A DNA stretch of 63,789 bases, filler included, from Olpidium bornovanus S191 (lineage: Eukaryota; Fungi; Olpidiomycota), in assembly GCA_017911155.1 (NCBI GenBank). It is 28 parts of 28 records of this genome, joined end to end, with 100 filler letters (N's around TTAATTAATTAA, not from the genome) between each part and the next. Parts side by side here need not be neighbours in the genome. Positions count along the whole stretch, not along the records: positions 8,541 to 11,386 come from JAEFCI010000159.1; positions 11,487 to 14,288 come from JAEFCI010002286.1; positions 14,389 to 18,736 come from JAEFCI010001768.1; positions 18,837 to 21,896 come from JAEFCI010002105.1; 24 more parts are not named here. One strand, given 5' to 3'. Positions 8,541-20,075 of the stretch are shown piece by piece. The notes below the pieces were generated by a model that was given only the letters and a program-made list of their open reading frames with translations, searched no databases and was not told the DNA's origin. Positions within the stretch are counted from its first letter, which is position 1. Each line of letters opens with the position of its first letter. A program made the translations under genes and the position numbers.

Positions 8541-11386
8541 CATGGTGGACAGGCAGTCCTCCGGCTCGTACAGCTCGTCGTTGCTGATCGCGAAACACTG
8601 CGGGAGCGCCAGCGAGTTCACCGAATCCGGTTTGATCCAGGCGTCGACCGTTCCGCACCTCCGGATCACCTTCCAGGTGTCGGTCACTTCGCGGAGCTTT
8701 CGGAGCCGGGCGAGCGTGAGCCCCTGCGTCCGGCACGCCTCCGCCGCCTCCTGGAACGTGTAGTTCCCGCCGGTCAGGATCCTCAGGTACCTGCTGCCGC
8801 CGTTGCACGATGCCAAAGGCGTCGCTGTGGGCGTCGCGGCGCCGGAGGAGGTCGGCACGACTTCGGTGGACGACGCCTCTGACGAAGAGGGGGTCGGGGT
8901 CTCTTCGGACGACGGCGTTTCGGAGGGTGTCGGGACCTCCTCAGACGCAGACGATGTCGTCTCCGAGGCGGTCGGGACTTCTTCCGAGGACGTTTCCTCC
9001 GAGGCGGTCGGGGCCTCTTCCGAAGACGTTGTCTCCGAGGCGGTCGGGCCCTCTTCCGAGGACGTTGTCTCCGAGGCGGTCGGGCCCTCTTCCGAGGACG
9101 TTTCCTCCGAGGCGGTCGAAGCCTCTTCCGAAGACGTTTCCTCCGAAGTTGTGGGCGCCTCTTCCGAGGATGTCTCCGTGGTTGTCGGGACCTCCTCCGA
9201 GGACGTCTCCTCCGAGGATGACGTGACTTCTTCCGAGGACGTCTCCTCCGTGGCGGTCGGGACCTCTTCCGAGGACGTCTCCTCCGTGGCGGTCGGGACC
9301 TCTTCCGAGGACGTCTCCTCCGTGGCAGTCGGGATCTCTTCCGAAGACAGCGTCTCCGCCGCAGAGGATGTCGAACCCTCTTCCGTCGACGAGGCCTCCG
9401 GTGTGGTCAATGACGTCATCGACTCGGATGGGCAAATGGGCCAGATCGTGACCGTAACGGTCGGAGTCGGGCCGGTGACGGTGATCGTCGCGACATCAGC
9501 CACCGGCTCGGTGACCTGCCTGCGGGCGAACCTGTTCGCCCGGCCGGAGAGGATCGAGCGGCTGAGCCACGAGGGAACGAAGCGTTTGACGAGCAGGCTG
9601 GCGACGCTCGTCTCTGTCGGGGCGGGCTCCGCGCTGGCGCTCGTCTCTGTCGGGGCGGGCTCCGCGCTGACGGTGGTCGGCGGCGCGGTGCGGGTGCGTG
9701 TTCGGCGGCGGCGCGTCGAGCTCGCCGCGGGCGTGCGCGTCGAGGTAGGCGAGGGCGTGGAATCGTCCGCGGTGGAGGGCTCTGCAGAGGCGGACGGCGG
9801 CGGAGCCTCCGGCGAGCTTGCGGCGGTTTGCGAAGGCGTTTCTCCAATGAAAACGGTTTCGACCTGCGAGGAAACGGTGACGGCTGGGGCGCGAACCGGG
9901 GGACCTGGGTCAGAGAGCAAATCGCGGGGGGGGGGGGGCGAACGAACGACGGGGCTGCGCCGGCCGCTCACTTTCCGTCCCGGGCGTCTGCTCGGGAACC
10001 GTGTCGGTGAACACGACGACCGTGCTCGTCAGGGTGACGTCTTCGTAGCTCGTGGTGACGGGCACGGTGCAGTCTCCCGTCACCGTGACGGTCTGCTCCG
10101 GCGGCGTCTCGGTGACCGTCGATTCTTCGGGGGAGGAAACCGATGACTCCGTGGCGCTGGCGGATTCGCTGGGTTTGGCGGACTCGGCGGAGCTGGACGA
10201 TTCCGTCGACGACGCGGCCGGTTCCGTCGACTCGGCCGAGCTGGCGGATTCCGTTTGCTCCGCCGAGCTTGAAGGCTCCGCCGAAGACTCCGTCGGGCCG
10301 GCTGATTCGGTTGACTCTGCCGAGCTGGCCGACTCCGTCGTCTCGGTTGATTCCGTCTCTGACGGGCTGGCTGATTCCGTGGACTCCGCCGAGCTGGCCG
10401 ACTCCGTCGCTTCGGTTGATTCCGTCTCTGACGGACTGGCCGATTCCGTGGACTCCGCCGAGCTGGCCGACTCCGTCGCTTCGGTTGATTCCGTCTCTGA
10501 CGGGCTGGCTGATTCCGTGGACTCCGCCGAGCTGACCGACTCCGTCGCTTCGGTTGATTCCGCCTCTGACGGGCCGGCCGATTCCGTGGACTCCGCCGAG
10601 CTGGCCGGCTCCGTCGTTTTGGTTGATTCCGTTTCTGACGGGCCAGCCGATTCCGTGGACTCCGCCGAGCTGGCCGATTCCGCCGAGCTGGCCGATTCCG
10701 TCTCCGTCGACGCCTCCCCGGAGCTGACTTCCTCGGTCGAGCTTTCCGGAGGTTCGGCTTCGGAAGTCTCCGTCGCCTCGGCGGACTCTGTTGACTCTGT
10801 CGAGCTCGGGAGTTCGGACGACTCGGACGCTTCTGCGCTGGTGGCCTCCGACTCCGTCGCGCTTGTCGACTCCGGCGGCTCTGTTGAGCTTGGGAGCTCC
10901 GTCTCGCCGGTGGATTCTGCCGATTCGGTCGGGGAAGCCGACTCGGTGGAGCCGGGCGATTCGGAGGATTCGACCGAGGACGTCGACGCGGGCTCCTGCT
11001 CGGAGCTTTCGGGTTCTCCGACGGAGCTGGCGCTTTCAGCCGTGGATTCCCCGGTCGGCTCAGACGCCGGCTCGCTTGTTTCGGGGGCTTGCGGGCCCGC
11101 GCGGATTTTGGGGGGGAAGTCAGGGCCGTTTTTTTTTTTTTAATCCTTTGCGTTCTTGAACCGCCCCCCGACGCGCGCGGCATTCGAGCAAGCTTACCGG
11201 AACTGGCGGGTTCCGTGGGTGTTTCGGACTCGGGCGATGTGCCGGGCTCCTCGGCGGACAAGGAGGAGGAGGAGGTGTCCGAGCTCGTCGGGGCGGGCTC
11301 CTCCGTTTCGCTTTCCGTCGGGGGGACGGTGGTGGTCACCGTGACCACCCTGGTGACGACGTCGCCTTCCGAAGCCGGCAACATGG
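8541..11386 (-). CDS. Ser/Thr/Glu-rich mucin-like repeat protein with a C-terminal C-type-lectin-like domain (both ends may be truncated)
   Basis: Spliced model with introns at about 11200-11087 and 9971-9885 (GTGAGC...CCCCAG). Contains tandem 69-nt units (SASSAESTESASPSETESTEATE) and 36-nt units (ATEETSSEEVPT). C-terminus: SCNGGSRYL...YTFQEAAEACRTQGLTLARL...AWIK...CFAI...EDC. Confidence 0.75.
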
Positions 11387-12606
11387 NNNNNNNNNNNNNN
11401 NNNNNNNNNNNNNNNNNNNNNNNNNNNNNNTTAATTAATTAANNNNNNNNNNNNNNNNNNNNNNNNNNNNNNNNNNNNNNNNNNNNCCCTCGCCCACTCG
11501 CCCTCCAAAAGAAAGATCAAGGCCCGCCTGTCGCCGTGTCAAGCGAACGCCAGAATGGGCCGAAACGCACTGGCCAGATTCGTCAGGCATACCGCCGGGG
11601 TTTCGGAAACGTGCCCGTAGCCTGCCGGTTCTGAATGGATCAAATCTGATCAGTCAGTGGGGCGTCAGGATTTCTCGGGCGGCGGAAGGCGGGTAACCGA
11701 GGGAAGATATGTTTGCGGAGTGGGTCTGATCGGTCTGTAGTTGTCCGGAGTTGTGTGGAGTTGTTGTAGAAGTAGAAGGGGGGGGGGGGGGGAGAAGCTG
11801 GCCTTCCCGTGGGCCGGCTTTTTGGGACTGCTGCGGCAACTGACCGGCGGGACCCCAGATCGGACTGTTCGGGAACGGCAGTGCGTCAAGACCTGAACAA
11901 GCTGCATTTATCCGGCCTCCAGACTTCTTCAGGAACGTTCGGTTCAGGCCTGACCCGTGCGTTTCGGGCCGACGGGTCTGAACGAAGCAACAGCACACTA
12001 CCGCAATGACCAACACCGCCCGCATCGCCCCTCTATCGGCGGCAATAAATAGGACAACCCCAACCTGACGCATGCCGATCCCATCAATTGGCTGCAGGTC
12101 AAAACCGCCAGGCTTTAAACTGTCGGTGGAGGCACCATCACCCAACGCCCTCAGGTCCGCAGCCGGGCTTTTCTCGGCAAAAGCACAGGCACAACCGAAA
12201 TTTATCTGCCAGACCGCAGAGAGCGGTGGACGGTCGCCGACACGGAGCCTGTCCTCCGCGAGAGCGGTTCACAACAAAACCTCAAGCCCGCACCGCTTTC
12301 CTGTTGAAACTGCCCGGCGAGCAAGGTATGTTTATTACCTGTGCTCCCACCGCTGACTGGGCGATTTGTTTCTTCGAGCCCATCGGCAAACCGACCAGGC
12401 CGCGACCTCTCGCGCGGGCGGACGAAGATGACAGCGCGGAAGGAGGCGGAATTCCAGCCAATCAGATTTTTTTTCATTCTTACGACCAGTGTTTTGCCGT
12501 GTTTTCGTTTGAGCATTGAGATGCTCGGAGACCGTGAAAAAAAAAAAAAACAAACAAACAAGCGGAGGTCGCGCGGCAACGTCAGCACACTGGTAACTCG
12601 CGTTGG

Positions 12607-13831
12607 TTATTTGGAGACCGCCTTCGCGAGGTCCTGGCGAATTGAGCAGCGCAGTTAGCTCGGCAACATCGGCAGCAAACGGTATTCGCGCCTTGATGTA
12701 TTATCCCACCTTGAGGCCGTCGATCTTTTTGTAACGTGAATCTTGGATGACAGCTGGCGGACGACGGCACGACGCCGATAGTTATAAGAGGAACGTTGGC
12801 ACACGGAAATGCTTTCAGGATATTCGTTGCGCAGAACTCACCCTGTCCGGCATCCGAGCTGTAGTCGCCAGACCACTCAACAAACGTAGAGTTGTTCTGT
12901 GAGGCACCGGTGTAACGTCAGTTCGACCATCGATGCGGAAAACCGCAACCTTTGGGCGGCCTATTCAAAATCCAAATTGACGCACTGCGGTGACACGCTT
13001 AAGCCTGATCGTGTGGATGGCCGAGAGGACGGTGACTGGCGGCTCCGACTCGAAAGTCTACAGATCGAACGCAGGGTATTCACTTGTCAGTTGCGCCAGC
13101 GTTCCGATACGTTCGCGATGGCCTTGCAGGATCGCGGCCATCGCCGCTCACATCGTATGTAACGAAGTGATCCAAGTCTGCGCCACAATGCAAACAGATC
13201 AGTGCTCGTCCGCAAAGTCGATTACGAGGTGTCCTCCACAGCGACCGTACCAGACAGTTCCACCAGCTTCACTTTCTGGACGGTGCCATCCTATCTCGTC
13301 CGCGAAGAATATAATGTCAGACTCTGAACCTCAAGCAACCACTGGCCAAAAAAACGTCCGGCAACATGCGAACCTTGAAAGTGATCTTGCGGACTGATCC
13401 AACTGGAGACGGCGGGTCGGTTTAAAACAACAAGTCTAGTGGGAAAGCAGAGAAGAGCAAAAGAGGCTCAGTTCCCCACCTTCGGACACGGACTTGCCGT
13501 CTTCGAGCGCGGAGCCCTTGACAATGGACCAGAATTTGAAGTCAAGCGGACGCACGGCGTTCCAGACGGCTTCCAACGGCGCCTCGATCACCGCGGACTC
13601 GGAGACGCGGGGAACAGACCTGAATCCCCGCGTGAAGGGGGAGGGCGTTGGGCGTGAGGGCGGAGGGCGGCGAACGTGGGCCGTTGTGAGAATTGCGGAC
13701 GCGAAGCTCGTCGTCGGCCGGGCGCACTTGCGGCAAACAGCCCTCCGCTTTTGTTTTTTTTTTTTTTTTTTTTTTTTTGCGTTTCACCCGTTTCCGGCGG
13801 GACGGGTCTTCGGGCCGGAGAGCACTTACAT
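12607..13831 (-). CDS. Bet v1-like / SRPBCC (polyketide cyclase fold) protein with many small exons
   Basis: Spliced translation VSESAVIEAPLEAVWNAVRPLDFKFW...|DGTVQKVKLVELS|DLDHFVTYD|TFESEPPVTVLSAIHTIRLKRVTA|NNSTFVEWSGDYSSDAGQ|AVIQDSRYKKIDGLK|DLAKAVSK*. All junctions are GT-AG and in phase. It matches the fungal Bet v1-like family pattern (STFVEW.G.FSSDA..VI.D..FK...L.DLAKAV). Confidence 0.8.
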
Positions 13832-14163
13832 GGCTGTAGTTACCTGGCGGGGCTGTTTTGTTGGCGGCGAGATCCTAGGAGAGGGGGGGGGGCGCGGGTT
13901 TGCGGGTTGCGGGTTGCGGGTTGCGGGTTGTGGTGTTGGGCGAGAGGGGCGGTTGTGCTGGAGTGCGCGCGCGGCACAGATTGCCCAAAGGAGGAAACAG
14001 CGCGCGACGAGACAAAAGGCAGAGCGTGAGCGACAGCGGACCGGAGGGACCGGCGGGCGGGCGGGCGTGGGAGAGGACGGGGGTGGGCCGATTGTTCACC
14101 TTTTCTCTTTATCTTTTTTCTTGAGCGAGTGTGGGGCGAGTGGGTGAGAGCGGCGGGGGGGGG

Positions 14164-14256
<93 letters not shown>

Positions 14257-15353
14257 CGTCCGGCGGGGGCGGCGGGGGCGGCGGGCGGNNNNNNNNNNNN
14301 NNNNNNNNNNNNNNNNNNNNNNNNNNNNNNNNTTAATTAATTAANNNNNNNNNNNNNNNNNNNNNNNNNNNNNNNNNNNNNNNNNNNNATATGAACCCTC
14401 CCTCGAGGGGGCGGCAGGGTGGTGGGATGGCTGGGGCCCTTGCTGCGAAGGTGCGGCCGTCGGGCTGTACGCGGGGCGGGTTTCTCTTCCTCCTGTAAAC
14501 ACACACATGCGACGCTGCAACGAAGCACGACCTACGGGGACTACGAAGGCGCGCCCAGAGGCCCATCGACACGGAGGGCGAGGAGAAGGAACACATTGCA
14601 GGACCCGGCGACGACGCGCGATGGCCGCTTCCCCCCCCCCCCCCCCCGGGGGGGGGGGCGGGGGGGGGCCCCCCCCCAAAAAAAAAAAAAAAAAAAAAAA
14701 ACAAGAAATAAATGCGATGGGCGAGTTTCTCTTCCGGGTTTCCTTCGAGCGTGCCGCGCGCTGCCTGATGTGCTCTTCGGGGAGGTCCGCCGCGCGCGCG
14801 GTGTGGCCGGCGCTTCTTGCCATAAAAGGGCCCTTTCTCGTTGTCAGGCAGAGCGGAAAAACCGCAAAAAAAACGAAAAAAAAATTTTTCTCTTGGAAAC
14901 CCACCCACCCCCGCCCCGCCCCCGCCACTCTCTCTCTCTCTCCCCTCCCGGCCATCCCCGCCGCTCGGCGCCCCACGCGACCCGTTCCCCTGCCGCAAAG
15001 CAACTCGGGTCCGAGGACCCTGCCTCCTTCCTTAGGCCGCCCGGCCCCGTCTTTGCTGCCGCCCGCTTCCTGAGGGGAGACGAGGAGGGGGAGGGGAGGG
15101 GAGGGGAGGGCAGAGGGCCCCCGATGTCCAGCAGAGCCTATGGCGCACGCCTGGAGCCGTCAAGGTGCGTCTCCCCGTTCCGTCCCGCGCTTCCTGCTGC
15201 CCGGCCCGGAGGCGCCCCGGGCCGGGCCTCCGGGTTTTTGCGCGGCTCCAGGCGATCCCGCTTGGTTTAGCGGCGGCCCGCCTCTTAGTTGCTTCTTCAA
15301 GCCGCGGGTCCCGCCGGCTGGCGGTCTCGGTCTTGCGGGGTTGGGCGGCTCCC

Positions 15354-16490
15354 ATGTCAGGCCCCCGGCTCGCGGCTGTGAAATCGACCGCTTCAGGAGT
15401 TTTTTTTTCTTTTCTTTCCGTGACTTGCGGGAGTATTCCTGAGCGTGCCTGCGCCCCGCGTGCCTAAGTTTTTCCAACCTTGCCGGCCCGACGCCACGAC
15501 TTTTCGTGCTGCCGCCGGTGACGCCAGGCTCCAGACCGACGAGGAGCGGTATTCCGTCCCGGAGAACTTCCTGGAGATCGAGGTTCGGAACCCCTTGACT
15601 CCCGGTACGCGTTTTCCTCCCCCCCCCCCCCCCCCCCCCCCGGGGAGAAGCTCGTGTTTTACTTCTCCGTACTGGCAACGCTGACAAACTGGCGCGGCCG
15701 TCGCTCGCACGTTCGTCCGAAGGAACCGGGCGGAAAATGTACACCGACTACGAGATCATCGCCAGGACAAACCTGCCGGCGTTTAAGTCTAAGGTGCGCC
15801 CGTAGGACGGCCCAGAGGGGCGAAGCGTGGATCAGTTTCTCATCGATTGTTTAGGCTAGTCGAAAACGGGTTGGATTCTGCGGCGGTGGGACTCTCCTTG
15901 CTGACGTTCTCCCTGCTGTGTTTCCCGGGCCTCCGTGATGCTTGGATTTGGTTATCTCTCCGCCGAACGGCAGGTATCGTCCGTGCGGCGGCGCTATTCG
16001 GACTTTGAATGGCTCCGGTAAGGGAACAACACTTTTTCGCAGATTTTGCAAAGTCCTTCCGCGGCTTGCCGCCGACCGTGTTTTTCTTTCTCGCCCGGTC
16101 CGCGGCGCCCGTGTTCACGTCGCCCAGGGACGTGCTGGAGCGAGAGTCGACGCGCGTGAACATTCCCTCGCTGCCGGGCAAGGTGTTCACGAACCGTTTC
16201 TCCGATGAAGTCATCGAGGCGCGTCGGGAGGGACTCGAGCGGTTTCTGCAAATGTATGAGGTTTTCGAGCGTGCAACGTCACGGAGGTCCCTTTCATTTT
16301 TGTCGCGCGCTCGCCTTTTTTGTTCCCCCCCCCCCCCCTGTCTCCGTCGTTCTTGACGCGCCGGGATTGCGGAATGCTCTTTTTTTTTCCGACGCACAGA
16401 GTCGCCGGGCACCCTCTCCTCCAGACGGGGAGCAAGGTTTTGGCGCCGTTCTTGCAGGACCCGAGATGGCACCGCGACCATTACAACTGA
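15354..16490 (+). CDS. SNX3: Sorting nexin-3 (PX domain)
   Basis: [13 protein letters not shown]|..[17 protein letters not shown]|[15 protein letters not shown]|[41 protein letters not shown]|[18 protein letters not shown]. Start codon is approximate. Confidence 0.95.
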
Positions 16491-17347
16491 AACCCCGCCG
16501 GTTTGTCATCCGTCAAACCGGCACACAATCGGAGGCACGCAAGTCTCCATTCTAGATAGCCCCGTTGTCTCGCATGCTCTCTGTCATGGAACGCCTTCGC
16601 CGCCCTCCGCACGCAAACCGCGAAGCAAACATGATGACCCTCTGCTGTACCAGCCATATCTCGGCCAAAACACTACATACCCAGGCGCCAGCACCCGCAC
16701 CTCCCCCCACTCCCCCCGCCCCGCACTTCCCTGCTCGCCCCGCGTTTATCGATGCCGCATTCCCGCTTTCTCCTTTCCCTGTGCGTCTGAACGCCCCTTT
16801 TGGTGCCAAGCCAACGGCACATCTTGGGTGAAAGTGCGATGCAGTGGCGACCAGTGCCGCGGCGCCACTCGGAGATCCTGCTCAGCCGGAAAAACGTCCT
16901 TCCCCCACACCGCCCCCAGCGCGAAAGCCGGGCAAAATTCGTCAAAACGCGACCTTTTTGCCGCCTGCGAGGTTTCCCCCCCCCGTGCGCTCGATGTTCG
17001 TGCCAAACACAATCCGACGATGCCGGGCGGCGGCGGTTTGCGAAGGCCGTGCCGACGGCCCGGTCGCGAGCCCCAGTATATCTTATTTAACTGCCACCGT
17101 CACGGATGCAATGGTGATCGGCTATATGCAGGATGAGAAGTGGGGATAAAAAAAATATAGAGGTATACCAACCACTCGCGCCAATAAGGCGAGATTCAGC
17201 GGAGAGGCAACAAAAGCGAGCATTTCGGCACCGGAATAGGTGGCGAGATCGGCGGGTCGGGGATGGGGGCACCCGGAGGAGGGTGCAGCGGACGAGAGGG
17301 AGGTCCCCTTCCCGCGACGCGGGGGCGACCGAACGCGCGCCACGCCC

Positions 17348-17565
17348 TCAGCCGGCGAATCCGGCCTCGGCGGCACCGCCCTCTCGCGCGCTCGCCGTCG
17401 GAGCGAAGAAAAAGCTGGCGATCAGCACGCAGTAGGCCAGGACGAGCATCGTGCCCTTGAAGTAGTTCGACTTGCCCTCGATGTACACGTAGCTCAGCAG
17501 GAAGACCGCGAAGACCAGAGACAAAATGTCCCAGTTCGGAAAAATCAACCTGGGGCAACAGGGTC

Positions 17566-17599
<34 letters not shown>

Positions 17600-18736
17600 G
17601 CCGCGGGCGTGAACGAGCGGGCGAGTAGCGAAGACGTGCAAAGGCGGGCTGGGCCCGGGGAGCGCGCCGCCGGCCGTACTCCCGGGGGGCCAGGGCTCTG
17701 GGACAACTCACGTGAACATGTGGGAGAAATTGGTGGACGCCGTCTGGGTGACCGCTGTGAAGGCCACCAGCGCCGGTATCTGCAGCAGCGCCACTTGAAC
17801 CGCGTACGCCGAACCGATTTCCATCGAGAGCGCGATGTTGTTGTACACTGCGAAAGCGATCGCGTTGACGAACTCAGTGACGCTCGGGACCTGAAATGTG
17901 CGAAGCAAGAAATTAGACTACACGTCATCTTTTCAGGACGGGCCGGTATTATTTCGGGTCAAGAGACGCAAAAACGGTCGACTCGCCAGAGCGAAGAGCG
18001 TCAAACCCAAAACTTTCTCGTCGATGCGCATGTGCTCAATGACAGGGTCGATGGAGTCGACAAGAACCTCTGCGCGCGGCGGGAAAGAACGCCCAAACGG
18101 GGCGCGGTGCGCGCAAACGTCAGTTTGGTTCGGGACGGCGTCCTTTCCGATCAGAACCGGAGTATAAACTTCAGCAAGCAGACCGAAACCCACCGGCAAT
18201 TGCGGAGAATAGCGCAGTGCAGGCACAGAGAACGAATGCGCTTTTCGTTTTTCCCCAGTTCGGAGCGTCATGTCCTCGCGGCGCATCTCCTCCGGGTCCT
18301 GTGGGGGACGAAGGCGACGTGGATGTCTCGAAGTTGGGCGGACAAGCCGGGTACCCGTACTTAGGCGTTCCCGCGACCGAACCGGGGATTGCGGACCTTT
18401 GGGGCTCCGCGGCGTTGTCGTCCGCGCCGGTGTCTTTGCGCGAAGCGAACCGGGACCCTCTAAGCGTGGAGCTGCTGACAATGCCGTTGAGGTGGAACGT
18501 AGCCGCCAGACGGTCGCGGATCACCGCAGCGGTATTAGGTGTAATGGTCCCGCAGGACGTGGGTGGTTGACCTCGCACGGTAGGAAGGGACTTGTTGCAG
18601 TGGGAGCAGGACGGCAGGTGGCTGTTTCCACCGTGAGACGACTGAAAACGGCATTGGCCCAGGCCGTCGGCGTAAATGTGCGAAGCGTGGGTCCGCAGGG
18701 TGAACCACAGTCCTGTGACGTACGCCTGAACCATGC
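17348..18736 (-). CDS. VNX1: Vacuolar cation/H+ exchanger of the CAX family (VNX1 type), C-terminal part
   Basis: HDAPNWGKTKSAFVL, GLTLFALVPSVTEFVNAIAFAVYNNIALSMEIGSAYAVQVALLQIPALV and YIEGKSNYFKG. Confidence 0.9.
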
Positions 18737-19784
18737 NNNNNNNNNNNNNNNNNNNNNNNNNNNNNNNNNNNNNNNNNNNNTTAATTAATTAANNNNNNNN
18801 NNNNNNNNNNNNNNNNNNNNNNNNNNNNNNNNNNNNCATGGCCCCTCGCCCCAGGACTGCTTGGAGATATAAAGTATTTCAAGGTCCAGGGGGCAGGGGA
18901 TGACACCCCGGGCGTCAAGACTTTTCGCACCGACAGAAAGTACGGGGGGTTGTGCTGTGGCACGATCCACCGCTCCGACCGTCGCCCAACGCTAAGGATG
19001 ACGCCAAGGAGGGCGTGGTGGCGGGCGGGGGGCAATGGGCGGAGGCGGAGGCAAGACGGACCCGGGACCCCGGGCCCAACCAATAGAATAGTCCCCCGAA
19101 GAGACTGCCAATAGAAGAGCCCCCCCCCCCTCCCACAATAACGCCACACGCGGGAATCCACTGCCAACCACATCCCCCCCCCTGGTAAAAGAGACTGCCC
19201 CGCGCGCAACTGCGCGCGAGCACGGAGCCCCGCGTGTGGACCACGACCACGGAATTATGCAAGTCCGTCGACATCGACGACCGACGTCGACGCACCAACC
19301 CGGCGACCATTTGGGCGCTGACAACGGATCAGCCGATGTCGGTGTATCTGTCAAATCGAAAGGGGCCTTGGTGAATATTGCTCCTTTCCCGGCAGTGGGA
19401 ATGACTTATTTGTCAAACGGCATTGTTCTGGGTGGTCAGGCGGTGATGGCGGCGGCGCAGAGGCGGCTGCGGCGAAGACGGCTGCGACGAGCGACTGCGA
19501 AGAGCGGCGGCGGCGAAGGGCGGCTGCTCCGAATGCGGCGAAGACGGCTGCGAAGAGGGGCAGCGGCGGATGGCGGCGGCGAAGAGCGGCTGCAGCGATG
19601 GCGGCGGCGGCGCGGCTGCGAAGGCAGCGGCCGCGGAGAGGGGCAGCGGCCGTCAAGTCAAAGTTTTCTTGGGCTCCTAACCGGTTAAAGTTTTTGGTTT
19701 TGCCATTACGCGTTAGGTCGTTAAAGATGGAGGGGTTCTGACCTAGGCAGTAAGGAAGGAGAAAGAGGAAGAAACTCAACACTT

Positions 19785-20075
19785 CTGAGCTGGGGAAAAT
19801 GGTTCACCTGCCCCCTGAGGCAGAGTCCCTTTGTGTGTGTGTGTGTGGTGTTAAGGGTTAGGGTTGTAGTGCCCAGCAGTTGTTGTGCCGGGTTACTGTC
19901 AAGTGGCGTGACTGTGACGATCACGTGGCGTGACTGTGACGGCCACGTGGCTTTATAGTGACGGCACGTGGCGTGACGATGACAGTCACGTGGCGTGACG
20001 GTGACGGTCACGTGGCTGACGGTGAAGGTCACGCGGCGTGACGCCGAAGACGAAAGAAACTCTCGTAGACCTTAA
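19785..20075 (+). repeat. Dispersed repeat family, copy B, with an expanded array of about 7 imperfect ~21-nt CACGTGGCGTGAC units
   Basis: Homologous to 4268-4452, with a TTAAGGGTTAGGGTT insertion and a tandem array at 19903-20043. Confidence 0.75.

Noticed and set aside
10290-10690. CRISPR-like regularly spaced repeats
   Set aside because: They are contiguous in-frame 69-nt coding tandem repeats with no unique spacers and no cas genes, in a eukaryotic context.
8803-11143. Long plus-strand ORFs (447 aa and 363 aa) and many other overlapping Arg/Ala/Pro/Gly-rich ORFs across the window
   Set aside because: They are antisense or off-frame shadows of real genes and repeats, expected in high-GC DNA where stop codons are rare.
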